Assembly: GCF_001194135.2 (NCBI RefSeq) | Contig: NC_068983.1 | Coordinates: 120,978,384 to 121,021,757 of the forward strand | Direction of reading: 5' to 3' | DNA: 43,374 nucleotides | Source of the DNA: Octopus bimaculoides | Lineage: Eukaryota | Shown: positions 10,641 through 21,322 of the stretch, in pieces | Numbering within the stretch: position 1 is the stretch's first letter | Layout of the letters: each line of letters opens with the position of its first letter | The notes under the pieces: generated by a model | Told to the model about the DNA's origin: nothing | Databases searched by the model: none | What the model saw: the letters and a program-made list of their open reading frames with translations, nothing else | Translations under genes and position numbers: made by a program

Positions 10641-10869
10641 GAACTGGTAAGGGTATACTAAGTGCTTTTTTTTTCTTTTCTTCATGTAACAAGCACTAAT
10701 GAGGTTGTCATACACCTTGCAAAACTAATATTCCCTTTGACTAAGTGGGAACATTGTTGAAAAAAAGGTTGCTTTATGGTTGGTGCTGAGAGAATAGAGT
10801 ATAAAAGAATTGGTCAAGACAGAACAGACGAGTAGGGGTGAGTAGACACAGAATAGTGATACACTGAGT

Positions 10870-11158
10870 TGTTGTTGTTGTTGGCACTCCGTCGCTTACA
10901 ACGTCGAGGGTTCCGGTGTGTCACACAGTGTGACAAGGCTGGCCCTTTGAATTAGAGGCACAACATAAACAGGAAGTAAGAGTGAGAGAAAGTTGTGGTG
11001 AAAGAGTACAGCAGGGTTCGCCACCATCCCCTGCCGGAGCCTCGTGGAGCTTTAGGTGTTTTTGCTCAATAAACACTCACAACGCCCGGTCTGGGAATCG
11101 AAACCGCCATCCTATGACTGCAACTCTGCTGCCCTAACCACTGGGCCATTGCGCCTCC
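10870..11158 (-). mobile_element. SINE family B (tRNA-like head, (CAA)n tail), internally deleted, 12-bp TSD
   Basis: GATACACTGAGT duplicated at 10858-10869 and 11159-11170; about 100 bp missing versus the 16520-16916 copy. Confidence 0.93.
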
Positions 11159-11189
11159 GATACACTGAGTAATAAGCTCAAATATAACA

Positions 11190-11715
11190 TGGATATACTG
11201 AGCAATAGGGTCAACAAGATCTGGGCTAGCACTTCAATTAGCAATCATTTGAAGATTCTGCTGTATCAGAGCATTGTGCTGCCTACAGCATCTGTGTGTG
11301 AAAAACTTGGAAAATAACTGCTAAGGTCACTCAGAGATTGAATGCATTCCATCAATGGTGTTTATGCAAAATACTCAAGATCACCTACATGGACAGAATA
11401 ACAAACATTGAACTCCTGAGGAGAAGAAGAGTCAATCTGTGCAACCTGCAGGAATAGAGACAGAAAGAAAAGCGAGACTTGCAGGTCATGTTTTCTAACA
11501 TGTTAGAAGAATGGATGCCTAAGACAGCCATACAATGGGTACTACCAGAAAGAAGGGGGACTCTATGAGACATAGCAGACCTCTTTCAAAAATGATCTGA
11601 AGCAACTTAGCATGATTTGGGAAGATACAGGTGATTATGCTGAAAACCGAGGTGACAGCAGACTTCTTACTACCCAATGTATCGGCCAACTATACAGGAG
11701 GGAATGAGACTAAGA
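11190..11715 (+). pseudogene. RTE-clade LINE RT C-terminal fragment
   Basis: NKIWASTSISNHLKILLYQSIVLPTA; KTWKITAKVTQRLNAFHQWCLCKILKITYMDRITN; MPKTAIQWV, with stops and shifts. Confidence 0.85.
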
Positions 11716-11720
11716 TAGCT

Positions 11721-11761
<41 letters not shown>

Positions 11762-12282
11762 TACCTTTCCTTCAGTGGACACTAAACTCCGCTTGTGAAG
11801 ATCTGTTGAGACTAGTGAACTCGAAATTGAACTAAATTTGACGACTGGCATCCATGCTAACGTCGTCTCCTTCATTTGACATGAAACTCGGCTTGCGAAG
11901 ACCTGTTAGGGCAAGCAAAAGCGAAATCGTGATGGCACCTGTGCCCAGCGTCGCCTTCCTAGCACTTGTGCCAGTGGCACGTGTAAAGAGATTCGATTGA
12001 GATCGTTGCCAGTGTCGCTGGACTGACTCCTGTGCAGGTGGCACGTAAAATACACCATTTTGAGCATGGCTGTTGCCAGTACTGCCTGACTGGCCTTCGC
12101 GCCGGTGGCACGTAAAAGCACCCACTACACCTGGTTGGTGTTAGGAAGGGCATCCAGCTGTAGAAACTCTGCCAAATCAGATTGGAGCCTGGTGTAGCCA
12201 TCTGGTTCACCAGTCCTCAGTCAAATCGTCCAACCCATGCTAGCATGGAAAGCGGACGTTAAACGATGATGATGATGATGAT
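11762..12282 (+). mobile_element. Family C retroposon (RTE-type 3' end, (GAT)n tail), longest copy in window
   Basis: Ends ...AGGAAGGGCATCCAGCTGTAGAAAC...GGACGTTAAACGATGATGATG; internal tandem subrepeats. RTE link is inference from the tail type. Confidence 0.88.
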
Positions 12283-12285
12283 AAT

Positions 12286-12320
12286 ATATTATAATAGGGT
12301 AGGCTACCCTACTATAATAT
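12286..12320. repeat. 35-bp near-perfect palindrome
   Basis: ATATTATAATAGGGTAG-G-CTACCCTACTATAATAT; 17-bp arms, one mismatch. Confidence 0.85.
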
Positions 12321-12646
12321 TTACTGCTCTACATCTTAGAATGTGCTCCTCCTCGGGATTTATGTATTTCTATAAACAATCCTAAATATACATACTAATA
12401 TCAATATAACTACATATACATACATATATATTTACACACACATCTTTATTTAAATATGTATATGTGTGTGAATAGATATATACACTCTCTCATGCATACA
12501 CATGTAAATACCAGTACAAGGTAATTAGCTAATAATCTTTCATTTAGATGGCAGTGTTTACATGTGTCAGTGTATGTTATTTTAATAAAGAATTTTTTAA
12601 AATATTTTTCACATAATTCCTTGATAGTTTTCTTTTGGGGAATGGA

Positions 12647-12688
<42 letters not shown>

Positions 12689-12914
12689 TACCTCCATACA
12701 TGTGTATACAAGTGAGTGTGAGTGGAGTGTGCATCCATATAAGAGGAAGAAAATAATATGTATATGCATGCATACAAGTATATGTGTGTGTGTGTTTGTG
12801 TGTAGATAGATAGATAGATAGATATGCAGGCAGCAGGCAGTTAGTTAGTTTGACACAGACAGACAGCTACAGACTATTTATTCTTTTATGTGTGTGTGTG
12901 TTTATATATATGGG

Positions 12915-13105
12915 AGAATATACAAATAATAACAACAGACGAGGACAGGTGGTGTAAATAACAAAAGTATATATTAGTATGACGCTCGGGAATACGGAAA
13001 GTCTTTGACGTTTCGAGCTACGCTCTTCAACAGAAAGAATACGGAGACAAGGAGAAAAACACGGAGAAAAAAAAATTGAATAGTGTTCAGTCAACGGTCA
13101 ATCAT
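12915..13105 (-). mobile_element. PLE-derived short element carrying a minimal HHR
   Basis: HHR motif followed on the minus strand by a pyrimidine-rich tail; flanked by TA-rich runs. Confidence 0.7.
13002..13038 (-). ncRNA. Minimal type I hammerhead ribozyme motif, dimer type (A6U variant)
   Basis: TCTTT-CTGTTGA-A-GAGC GTA GCTC-GAAAC-GTC-AAAGA: perfect 5-bp stem I and 4-bp stem II, loop-less ACGT palindromic stem III, GUC triplet. Confidence 0.78.
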
Positions 13106-13128
13106 AATAATGTGTTTATATATATATA

Positions 13129-13293
13129 GGTGCAGGAGTGGCTTTGTGGTAAGTAGCTTGCTTACCAACCACATTGTTCTGCATTCAGTCCCAGTGTGTG
13201 TGGCACCTTGGGCAAGTGTCTTCTGCTATAGCCTCGAGCCAGTCAAAGCCTTGAGAGTGGATTTGGTAGACGGAAACTAAAAGAGGCCCATCG

Positions 13294-13340
<47 letters not shown>

Positions 13341-13580
13341 TTGTGTGTCTGTGTTTGTCCCCCCCCCCCCCATCATCGTTTGACAACTGTGATGTGTCAA
13401 GCGATGTGTGTTTACGTCCCCATAAACACATCTGGTGTGTTTACGTCCCTGGCAAAAGAGACCGATGGAATAAGTACTAGGCTTACAAAGAATAAGTCCT
13501 GGGGCTGATTTGTTCAACTAAAGGCGGTGCTCCAGCTTGGCCACAGTCAAATGACTGAAACAAATAAGAGAGTAAAAGAG
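13129..13580 (+). mobile_element. SINE family A with small internal duplication/deletion
   Basis: Collinear with other A copies; GTGTGTTTACGTCCC occurs twice and the AACTTAGCGGTTC segment is absent. Confidence 0.9.
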
Positions 13581-13582
13581 CA

Positions 13583-13617
<35 letters not shown>

Positions 13618-14322
13618 TTCTTTATATATATATATATAANNNNNNNNNNNNNNNNNNNNNNNNNNNNNNNNNNNNNNNNNNNNNNNNNNNNNNNNNNNNN
13701 NNNNNNNNNNNNNNNNNNNNNNNNNNNNNNNNNNNNNNNNNNNNNNNNNNNNNNNNNNNNNNNNNNNNNNNNNNNNNNNNNNNNNNNNNNNNNNNNNNNN
13801 NNNNNNNNNNNNNNNNNNNNNNNNNNNNNNNNNNNNNNNNNNNNNNNNNNNNNNNNNNNNNNNNNNNNNNNNNNNNNNNNNNNNNNNNNNNNNNNNNNNN
13901 NNNNNNNNNNNNNNNNNNNNNNNNNNNNNNNNNNNNNNNNNNNNNNNNNNNNNNNNNNNNNNNNNNNNNNNNNNNNNNNNNNNNNNNNNNNNNNNNNNNN
14001 NNNNNNNNNNNNNNNNNNNNNNNNNNNNNNNNNNNNNNNNNNNNNNNNNNNNNNNNNNNNNNNNNNNNNNNNNNNNNNNNNNNNNNNNNNNNNNNNNNNN
14101 NNNNNNNNNNNNNNNNNNNNNNNNNNNNNNNNNNNNNNNNNNNNNNNNNNNNNNNNNNNNNNNNNNNNNNNNNNNNNNNNNNNNNNNNNNNNNNNNNNNN
14201 NNNNNNNNNNNNNNNNNNNNNNNNNNNNNNNNNNNNNNNNNNNNNNNNNNNNNNNNNNNNNNNNNNNNNNNNNNNNNNNNNNNNNNNNNNNNNNNNNNNN
14301 NNNNNNNNNNNNNNNNNNNNNN

Positions 14323-14455
14323 CTGGCAAAAGAGACCGATGGAATAAGTACTAGGCTTACAAAGAATAAGTCCTGAGGTCGATTTGCTCGACTAAAGGTG
14401 GTGCTCCAGCATGGCCACAGTCAAATGACTGAAACAAGTAAAAGAGTAAAAGAGT
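14323..14455 (+). mobile_element. SINE family A 3' end emerging from a gap
   Basis: CTGGCAAAAGAGACCGATGGAATAAG...AAAAGAGTAAAAGAGTA. Confidence 0.9.
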
Positions 14456-14580
14456 ATATATATATATATGTATATATACTGTTTTAGGTATATTTATATA
14501 TATTTGTTGAAAGTATGTTTATATATTATTGTACATGTATAAATAAATATTTATATATCTATATCCATATATATTTCCAG

Positions 14581-14612
14581 GGGATTTGGCAAGCAAGGAT
14601 TTCAGTGCAAAG
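14581..14612 (+). CDS. PRKCA-like: 32-bp internal exon of a conventional protein kinase C (C1a domain)
   Basis: TATTTCCAG|GGGATTTGGCAAGCAAGGATTTCAGTGCAAAG|GTAAGT; reads (W)GFGKQGFQCK(x), matching FIWGFGKQGFQCQV of conventional PKCs; canonical splice sites, phase 2 in and phase 1 out. Confidence 0.9.
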
Positions 14613-15158
14613 GTAAGTTTGGATTTCATTCATTGTCTCTTTCTCCCACCCCACTAGCTATCCACCTACTAACTACACTAATTATAATCCCTTATAAGCA
14701 TGTTTGGCTCGTGGTACAAACATATTGAGTTTCATGTCTTCTGTAAGAAACAGCAGGTGAGTTCCACCTACTGAGAAACAGTGTTTCGTTCTGATCAAAG
14801 CAAATGATGATTGTCAGTAATTAGTGGCATTCATGCCTTACTGAAAGTCCACTTAACACTGAGAGTGAGAGAGAATGCAACCCTTCTCCTACAAATGTGT
14901 TTGAATCTTGGAATCTTGGAGAGCAAGCAGTTATTTGGTTTTGATTTTGTTGTGGGATGTTAAGCAGATGTGAGATAATTCTTCTATCCAGCCTCAACTT
15001 TATTCCAGGTCTTTCTCAGGCAACATTCCCTTTATAATCTGATAATCTATTCCACCCTCACCCATTACCAACTGTGAAGTGACCTAAGGTCAGCTCGAAT
15101 TAAGTATTTTGCACTGACGGTGACAGCATATTCGCATATTGAAATATCAGAAATACAT

Positions 15159-15191
<33 letters not shown>

Positions 15192-15401
15192 TTATGTATA
15201 TATAAGAGGCCACGAAAGTGGACAGTTAATGTGCAAGAAAAAATTCTCAAAGAAAGTGGCCTCTTTTATATACACAAGTACTATAATCCTTTTAGGATCT
15301 CAGAAAATTTGTTCTGAACCTTCTGATTCTTTTAATGTGCTGGTTTCCTGGTATTAAATTAATATTAATTAATATCAAATTTTTACCCTATTATGTTAAT
15401 T

Positions 15402-15837
15402 ATCATCATCATCATCATCATCGTTTAACGTCCGCTTTCCATGCTAGCATGGGTTGGACGATTTGACTTACGACTGGTGAAACCGGATGGCAACACCAGG
15501 CTCCAATCTAATTTGGCAGAGTTTCTACAGCTGGATGCCCTTCCTAACGCCAACCACTCAGAGAGTGTAGTGGGTGCTTTTACGTGTCACCCGCACGAAA
15601 ACGGCCACGCTCGAAATGGTGTCTTTTATGTGCCACCCGCACAAGCCAGTCCAGGGGCACTGGCAACGATCTCACTCGAAAATCCTACGGGAGCCAGTCA
15701 GGCGGTACTGGCAACGGCCGCGCTCAAAATGGTGCATCTCATGTGCCACCCGCACAAGAGCCAGTCCAGGGGCACTGGCAACTATCTTACTTGGCTTGCC
15801 GGGTCTTCTCACGCACAGCACATTTCCAAAGGTCTCG
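15402..15837 (-). mobile_element. Family C retroposon
   Basis: (CAT)n-CGTTTAACGTCCGCTTTCCATGCTAGC...; internal ~113-bp duplication. Confidence 0.9.
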
Positions 15838-15989
15838 ATATATATATATATATATATATAGAAAGACAGAGAGAGAGAGGGGGGGGTAGTTAGATACGTA
15901 CATACGTAAATAATACACTCACACTTACACACATATATATGGGTAAATTAAAAGCAAAAACAGGAAAAACAGTGAAAGTCAAAAGAACA

Positions 15990-16130
15990 TAGACACTGAA
16001 TATATTAGATTGATGCTCAGAGAAAGTTTAAGATGGAAAAAGAGGAGCAATGTGACATTTCAAGTATGGCTCTTTGTCAGAAAGAGGATAGAGGAAAATA
16101 TCCAGAGAGAAGGAAAAGAAGAGTCTGAGA
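15990..16130 (-). mobile_element. Decayed PLE-derived short element with eroded HHR (16051-16085)
   Basis: Minus strand CTTT-CTGACAA-A-GAGC CAT ACTT-GAAAT-GTC-ACAT. Confidence 0.5.
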
Positions 16131-16519
16131 AATGCACATGTATCTATCTACATATATATTATACATATAAATCATGAATGTATACATATGCATATATATT
16201 TGTGTGTGTGTGTGTGTATGTGAAATTATATAGATTATATTCCATGGTGGACAAACTGTCCCTTCACCATGGAAATATTCCTGTTTTCCTAGTGCATAAA
16301 AGATGGTCACTGTAGATGTCTAGTTTTCTCCATAATTACTGGCAAATGTCTTGAAATGATGTTCAGGGTTCAGCCATGGATTGAAACCTCCTTTCCCTGA
16401 CCCAGCTCACTATGATCTTACCATAGCCCCATTGCCTCTCAACATATGCACACACAGACACACACACACACACACACTACTGTTTCACTGTCAGTTTCAT
16501 ATCATCATATGTACCTTTC

Positions 16520-16916
16520 TGTTGTTGTTGTTGTTGTTGTTGGCACTCCATTGCTTACGACGTCAAGGGTTCCAGTTGATCCAATCAACGGAACAGCCTG
16601 CTCGTGAAATTAATGTGCAAGTGGCTGAGCACTCCACAGACACGTGTACCTTAACATAGTTCTCAGGGATATTCAGCGTGACACAGTGTGACAAGACTCA
16701 CCCTTTGAATTACAGGTACAACAGAAACAGGATGTAAGAGTGAGAGAAAGTTGTGGTGAAAGAGTACGGCAGGGATCGCCGCTACCCCCTGCCGGAGCCT
16801 CGTGGAACTTTAGGTGTTTTTGCTCAATAAACACTCACAACGCCCGGTCTGGGAATCAAAACTGCGATCCTATGACCGCGAGTCCGCTGCCCTAACCACT
16901 GGGCCATTGCGCCTCC
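16520..16916 (-). mobile_element. SINE family B, full length
   Basis: Minus strand GGAGGCGCAATGGCCCAGTGGTTAGGGC (A box)...GTTTTGATTCCC (B-box-like)...GGAGTGCC(AAC)n. Confidence 0.92.
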
Positions 16917-17639
16917 ACAGCAGATAAACAACAAATGGTTAGACTGAGAAGTAGTTAGATAAATTGACAGAGATACGGATTGACATCTACCATTCGTCTC
17001 ATTCTCTCTCTCCCTCACTCTCTCATCTTCTTTCACACTTATTCATCTTTATTGCTATGAATCATTCTCTCACATTTCTCTCTTCTGCCACTCTTGCTGT
17101 TTTTCTTTTCAACTTCCTTACCAATGACCAAAATATAACTGCCTGTCTCTTCTTCCAGTATTATCTCCCTCTGTTACTCTCATCCCTTGACACTCTCTTT
17201 CTCCTGTTTTAATGGTTCATCTTTCACCTTTTCATCTTTCTCTTTTATCCACTCTCTCAATCACATTGCTTTGAATGGCTGGAAATATACAGAGCTCTCT
17301 AGCCTTGCTTGGTACGAGGCAACCTCACTGGTGCAGGCACCACAATAAAATGTGTCCAAATACCCTGTCTCAAGGGGTTGGTAAGCAGAAACAACATTGG
17401 GCAGATAAGACTCTTTTGTATTGCCAAAAACAAGAAAACCTTTTTATTACTGGTGCTATGATAAAATGCACTTAATACATTCTGTAAAATGACTAGTCTT
17501 GGGAATGTCTTCCAGTCAGAGAAACCATACCAAAGATAAATGGAATGTGAAGGCAAGATTTGGTACTAAAACTAAGAGAGTGGTAACTGCAAATAAGAAC
17601 TGATGACATATCCAATCAAAGCCGCCATCATGGAAATCA

Positions 17640-17875
17640 TCAACATAATCATCATTGTTATTTTAATGTCCACATTTTCATGCTTTTATGACTCATACTA
17701 AATTCATGGAGACAGATTTTTTTTCTTGGCTAAACCTCACCTGTTTTCAAACAAAGTAAAATTTTCCCCTGGCTGGATATCTTTTGATGGAAGGTTGGAG
17801 ATGAATGACTTGTAAGATAGAGACACTCATTTACAACTATTGCATAATGTCAAGACAAAGAGATGCAAACATGCA
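17640..17875 (-). mobile_element. Older family D retroposon 3' fragment
   Basis: TTTTAATGTCCACATTTTCATGC... similar to 38855-39035 and, inverted, to 20545-20765. Confidence 0.55.
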
Positions 17876-17881
17876 CACTCA

Positions 17882-17998
17882 TAGAGAGCAGCGGTATAAT
17901 AATGAGGGTGGATGCAGTAGTATAATAAACCTGCAGGTAGATCACAAATAAGGAAATGATGTAAATTATCTGTCAGTTTATTATACTGCTGCTCTCTA
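17882..17998. repeat. 117-bp element with 21-bp terminal inverted repeats (MITE-like)
   Basis: TAGAGAGCAGCGGTATAATAA / TTATTATACTGCTGCTCTCTA (one mismatch); no TSD visible. Confidence 0.7.
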
Positions 17999-18086
17999 CC
18001 CTTTCTGTACTACCACATAGCAACTCTTCCTTCTTGGGTCACTCCTATTTCACCTCTCCACCACTCAATTGATATTTAACTTCACT

Positions 18087-18295
18087 CGTGCTGGTGGCAC
18101 ATAAAAAGCACCCACTACACTCTCGGAGTGGTTGGCGTTAGGAAGAGCATCCAGCTGTAGAAACTGCCAGATCAGATTGGAGTCTGGTGTAGCCATCTGG
18201 TTTGCCGATCCAATCCCCAGTCAAATCGTCCAACCCATGCTAGCATGGAAAGCAGACGTTAAATGATGATGATGATGATGATAATGATGATGATG
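18087..18295 (+). mobile_element. Family C retroposon, 5'-truncated
   Basis: GGTGGCACATAAAAAGCACCCACTACAC...GACGTTAAATGATGATG. Confidence 0.9.
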
Positions 18296-18486
18296 AATCA
18301 CACAGTTACTGTTCATTATTCACCACATTCACCTCCACCACCATCTCCAAGCATCTGCCACTTTCCTCTCACACTTACAAACTTACTCACTCTTCCCAAT
18401 CCTCCTTCCTCTTTTATACTAAACATCTTCCAGTTTCCCTTCTACTAGATCCACTTATAAGCTTTAGTGTGCCAAATATAACTATA

Positions 18487-18585
18487 GTTAAAGACACTTA
18501 CCCAAAGTGCTGTGCAGTGGGACTGAACCCAAAACCACATGGTTGTAAAATGAACTCCTGAACCACACAGCCATACCTGTGTCTA
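18487..18585 (-). mobile_element. SINE family A head fragment
   Basis: AGACACTTACCCAAAG...GGGACTGAACCC...ACCACACAGCCATACCTG. Confidence 0.75.
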
Positions 18586-19667
18586 TAGGTAGTTTATAAA
18601 ATGATAATGATGATGTATATAGAAAGATGTTTATATCTTTCCTCATCTCAAAATTATGCTTGAAGAATGCATGAACATCATACTGCTCTACCTCATTTAA
18701 TTGTGATGTTTCATACATTTTGTTAAGAAATGTTTATTTAATTTCTTGGTAGATGCATGCTAAGTTTCCAGCAGTTCTTAATTTAGCTTATGTTCAAGAG
18801 ACATGTATTACCATCACTAACTCCCTCTTAGATGTTTAAATCATGATTCTTATAATTTTGGGAGTGCAATTAGCTTGCATTGTTTCCATAGAAAACATCA
18901 TTGTTAGAATTGATGCATTACTAGAGACTGGATCTTTAGATGCACTTTCACAACATTCCTAGTTTTAACATCTGTTAATTAACACCACTGCCAATGACTT
19001 CTTTTAATTATATTTGTTGTTTAGCCTCCTGTCAGACTTGATTTGGGAAGCCTATGGTCAAATGAGGTTCGTTTAATTCAGAAGTGAGAAATCATTTGCC
19101 CACTGGCAAAATTTCACTCACTCTTAACTGTGAAACCTTTTGCTGCGAAAGTTTCTAAAAGCCCATATGAAAAGAATAGTTTAAATCTTAACCCAAGCCA
19201 GTAATTTGTAAGTTCTATAACTAATGAATTTGTAAAATTAGATTCATTATTTTTCTCAGCATGTACGAATTCACACAGCTTTTTATGCAATTGCAATTCA
19301 CCCTTGTTACAAAAAAAAAAAATGTTCTCACCTCTACAACTATTTAATCCATAAAACAAAAATAAAGAAATTGTAGTATGTGTATGTGTGCGTGTGTATG
19401 TGTATGCGTGTGTGTTAAACAAGGTTATTATTTCAGAACTACCTAACAATACATAAAGAACATTTACTGAGAAAGGAATCAAATTTATTGAAGATGTCAA
19501 GTTGACTGAGACTTGGAAGTTTTACTTATCAACTTATTTACTACCACCACCACCACCACGGCCACAACTACCACACTATGTATATGTAAATATCTACCTA
19601 TCTATCTATCTGTCTGTCCATCCATTCATACATCCATCCATCCATCTATCATTCTAGGATCATAGTT

Positions 19668-19975
19668 ATCATTGTCATTTAAAATTCATCTTTGAGGCTG
19701 GCATTGGCTGGGTGCTTTGACTGGATCTGATAAGCCAGAAGGCTTCATCAGTCTCCAATGTCTGTTTCGACATGTTTTCTACATTTGAATACTCTTCCTA
19801 ACAACAACCATTTTTCAGAGTGTACTGGGTGCTTTTTTCCTGACACCAGCAGTAGTGAGATCACCAAGTAACTCGCAAGGCAAAGGAAAAAGCTCCCTCA
19901 GCTGAGTGAGTTCATTGTTGGGAAAAAGATGGGCTTATGCCAGATGTTGACAGGCTGAAGTATGATAAAGGTGCT
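19668..19975 (-). mobile_element. Diverged family C-related retroposon
   Basis: Recognisable TTTCTAC...TCTTCCTAAC...AACCAT...GAGTGTACTGGGTGCTTTT block; collinear with 21323-21661. Confidence 0.6.
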
Positions 19976-20341
19976 GGCACAGGCCTGTTGCTATTAAAGA
20001 GATATATAAAAGTATGTGAGAGAAACTGGTAGGAAGATAAAAATGGAGGTGACGAGGTGGCAGAATACTCTTAAGATACATACATACATACATACATACA
20101 TACGTGTGCACAAGCACACACACACTCATAGTCACCACATTTGAAATATGTATGAACATCACAAGGTGTCACTCCCTATAATTGCAATATTTCATAGTTT
20201 AGTTAGAGAGGTGTTTATTTCATTTTTTGAAAACAAGAAAATTGTGCTTAAAGGAAATGTCTATCTGAAATATTTTAAAAGAAACAGTCTATATTTAAAG
20301 AAGAGACAGCAGTTAAAATTATTGGATGGAATTATGTGAAT

Positions 20342-20500
20342 GGTGCAGGCGTGGCTGTGCCATAAGAAGTTTGCTTCCCAACTACTTGGTTCTGGGTTCA
20401 GTCCCACTGTGTGGCACCTTGGACATATATCTACTGTTAGAGCCCTGGGTCAACCAAATCCTTATGAGTTGATTCAGTAGATCGAAAATGAAAGAAGCCT
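20342..20500 (+). mobile_element. SINE family A 5' module only
   Basis: GGTGCAGGCGTGGCTGTG...GGGTTCAGTCC...GGCACCTTGG...GAAAGAAGCC then (TG)n. Confidence 0.8.
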
Positions 20501-20544
20501 ATTACTTTGTGTGTGTGTGCGTGTGCATGCGTGCGCGCACATAT

Positions 20545-20765
20545 TTGTTTTTCCTTGCCTTGAGAATGCTTGGTAGTTGTAAAATGATTGTCACTGTCAT
20601 ACATGCAGCATCATTCACTTCCAATATTCTTGGAAATATTACCTTGCTTGTTTACAGGTGAGGGTGGGTGACAAGAGGGGCATCTGGCCATAGAAAGACT
20701 GCCTCAGTAAACTGTTCAATCCATGAAAGCATGGAAAAGTGTATGTTAAAATGATGATGATGATA
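20545..20765 (+). mobile_element. Family D retroposon 3' fragment
   Basis: GGTGACAAGAGGGGCATCTGGCCATAGAAA...GCATGGAAAAGTGTATGTTAAAATGATGATG. Confidence 0.65.
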
Positions 20766-21322
20766 AAACTATTTGATCGACTGTTGTGAATGGAACATTC
20801 CAGAAACAAACAGAAACTAAGGAAGTTAAAGATTGAATATTCAAACAAACTAATCTTATAGTTATTTCTTGTCAAAAACAATGGATAAATTAATATTTGT
20901 CTTACAACTAAATTATAGAATCTAACATAATAAGTCTTTGGTTTGTCAAGACAAAAAAAATTAGTCTTACTATATTTAGAAATACTTGTGTAAGTTACCT
21001 TAAACAATTCATGAAGATATATTGGGAGAAAAACATAAATAATGAAGCAGAAATAAAAAATATTGAGTATGAATTCAAAAGACAAACTCAAATACATGAC
21101 CGCAGCCACTTGGCTGAAACACATAAATAAATAAATAAATATACTTGGTTTGAATATAAAGGAAAAATAATAAGTGGCTAAGTATAATATTGGTCAAAAT
21201 TTAATGAAAACAAGTGAACATGAATTAAATTAAGATGTAATGTAAAAAAAAATTCTAAATACAAGATACTAGTAAAGACAAAATTATACATTGTTGAAAT
21301 ATAAATTGAAACCTAATATTAT

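Noticed and set aside
14690-14763. Strong donor-like CAG|GTGAGT ~145 nt after the exon
   Set aside because: No candidate acceptor yields PKC-like residues; no supporting evidence.
16292-16306. GTG CAT AAA AGA (VHKR), like the next PKC exon
   Set aside because: Context is PVFLVHKRWSL* rather than CxFVVHKRCHEF, and no acceptor gives the required phase.
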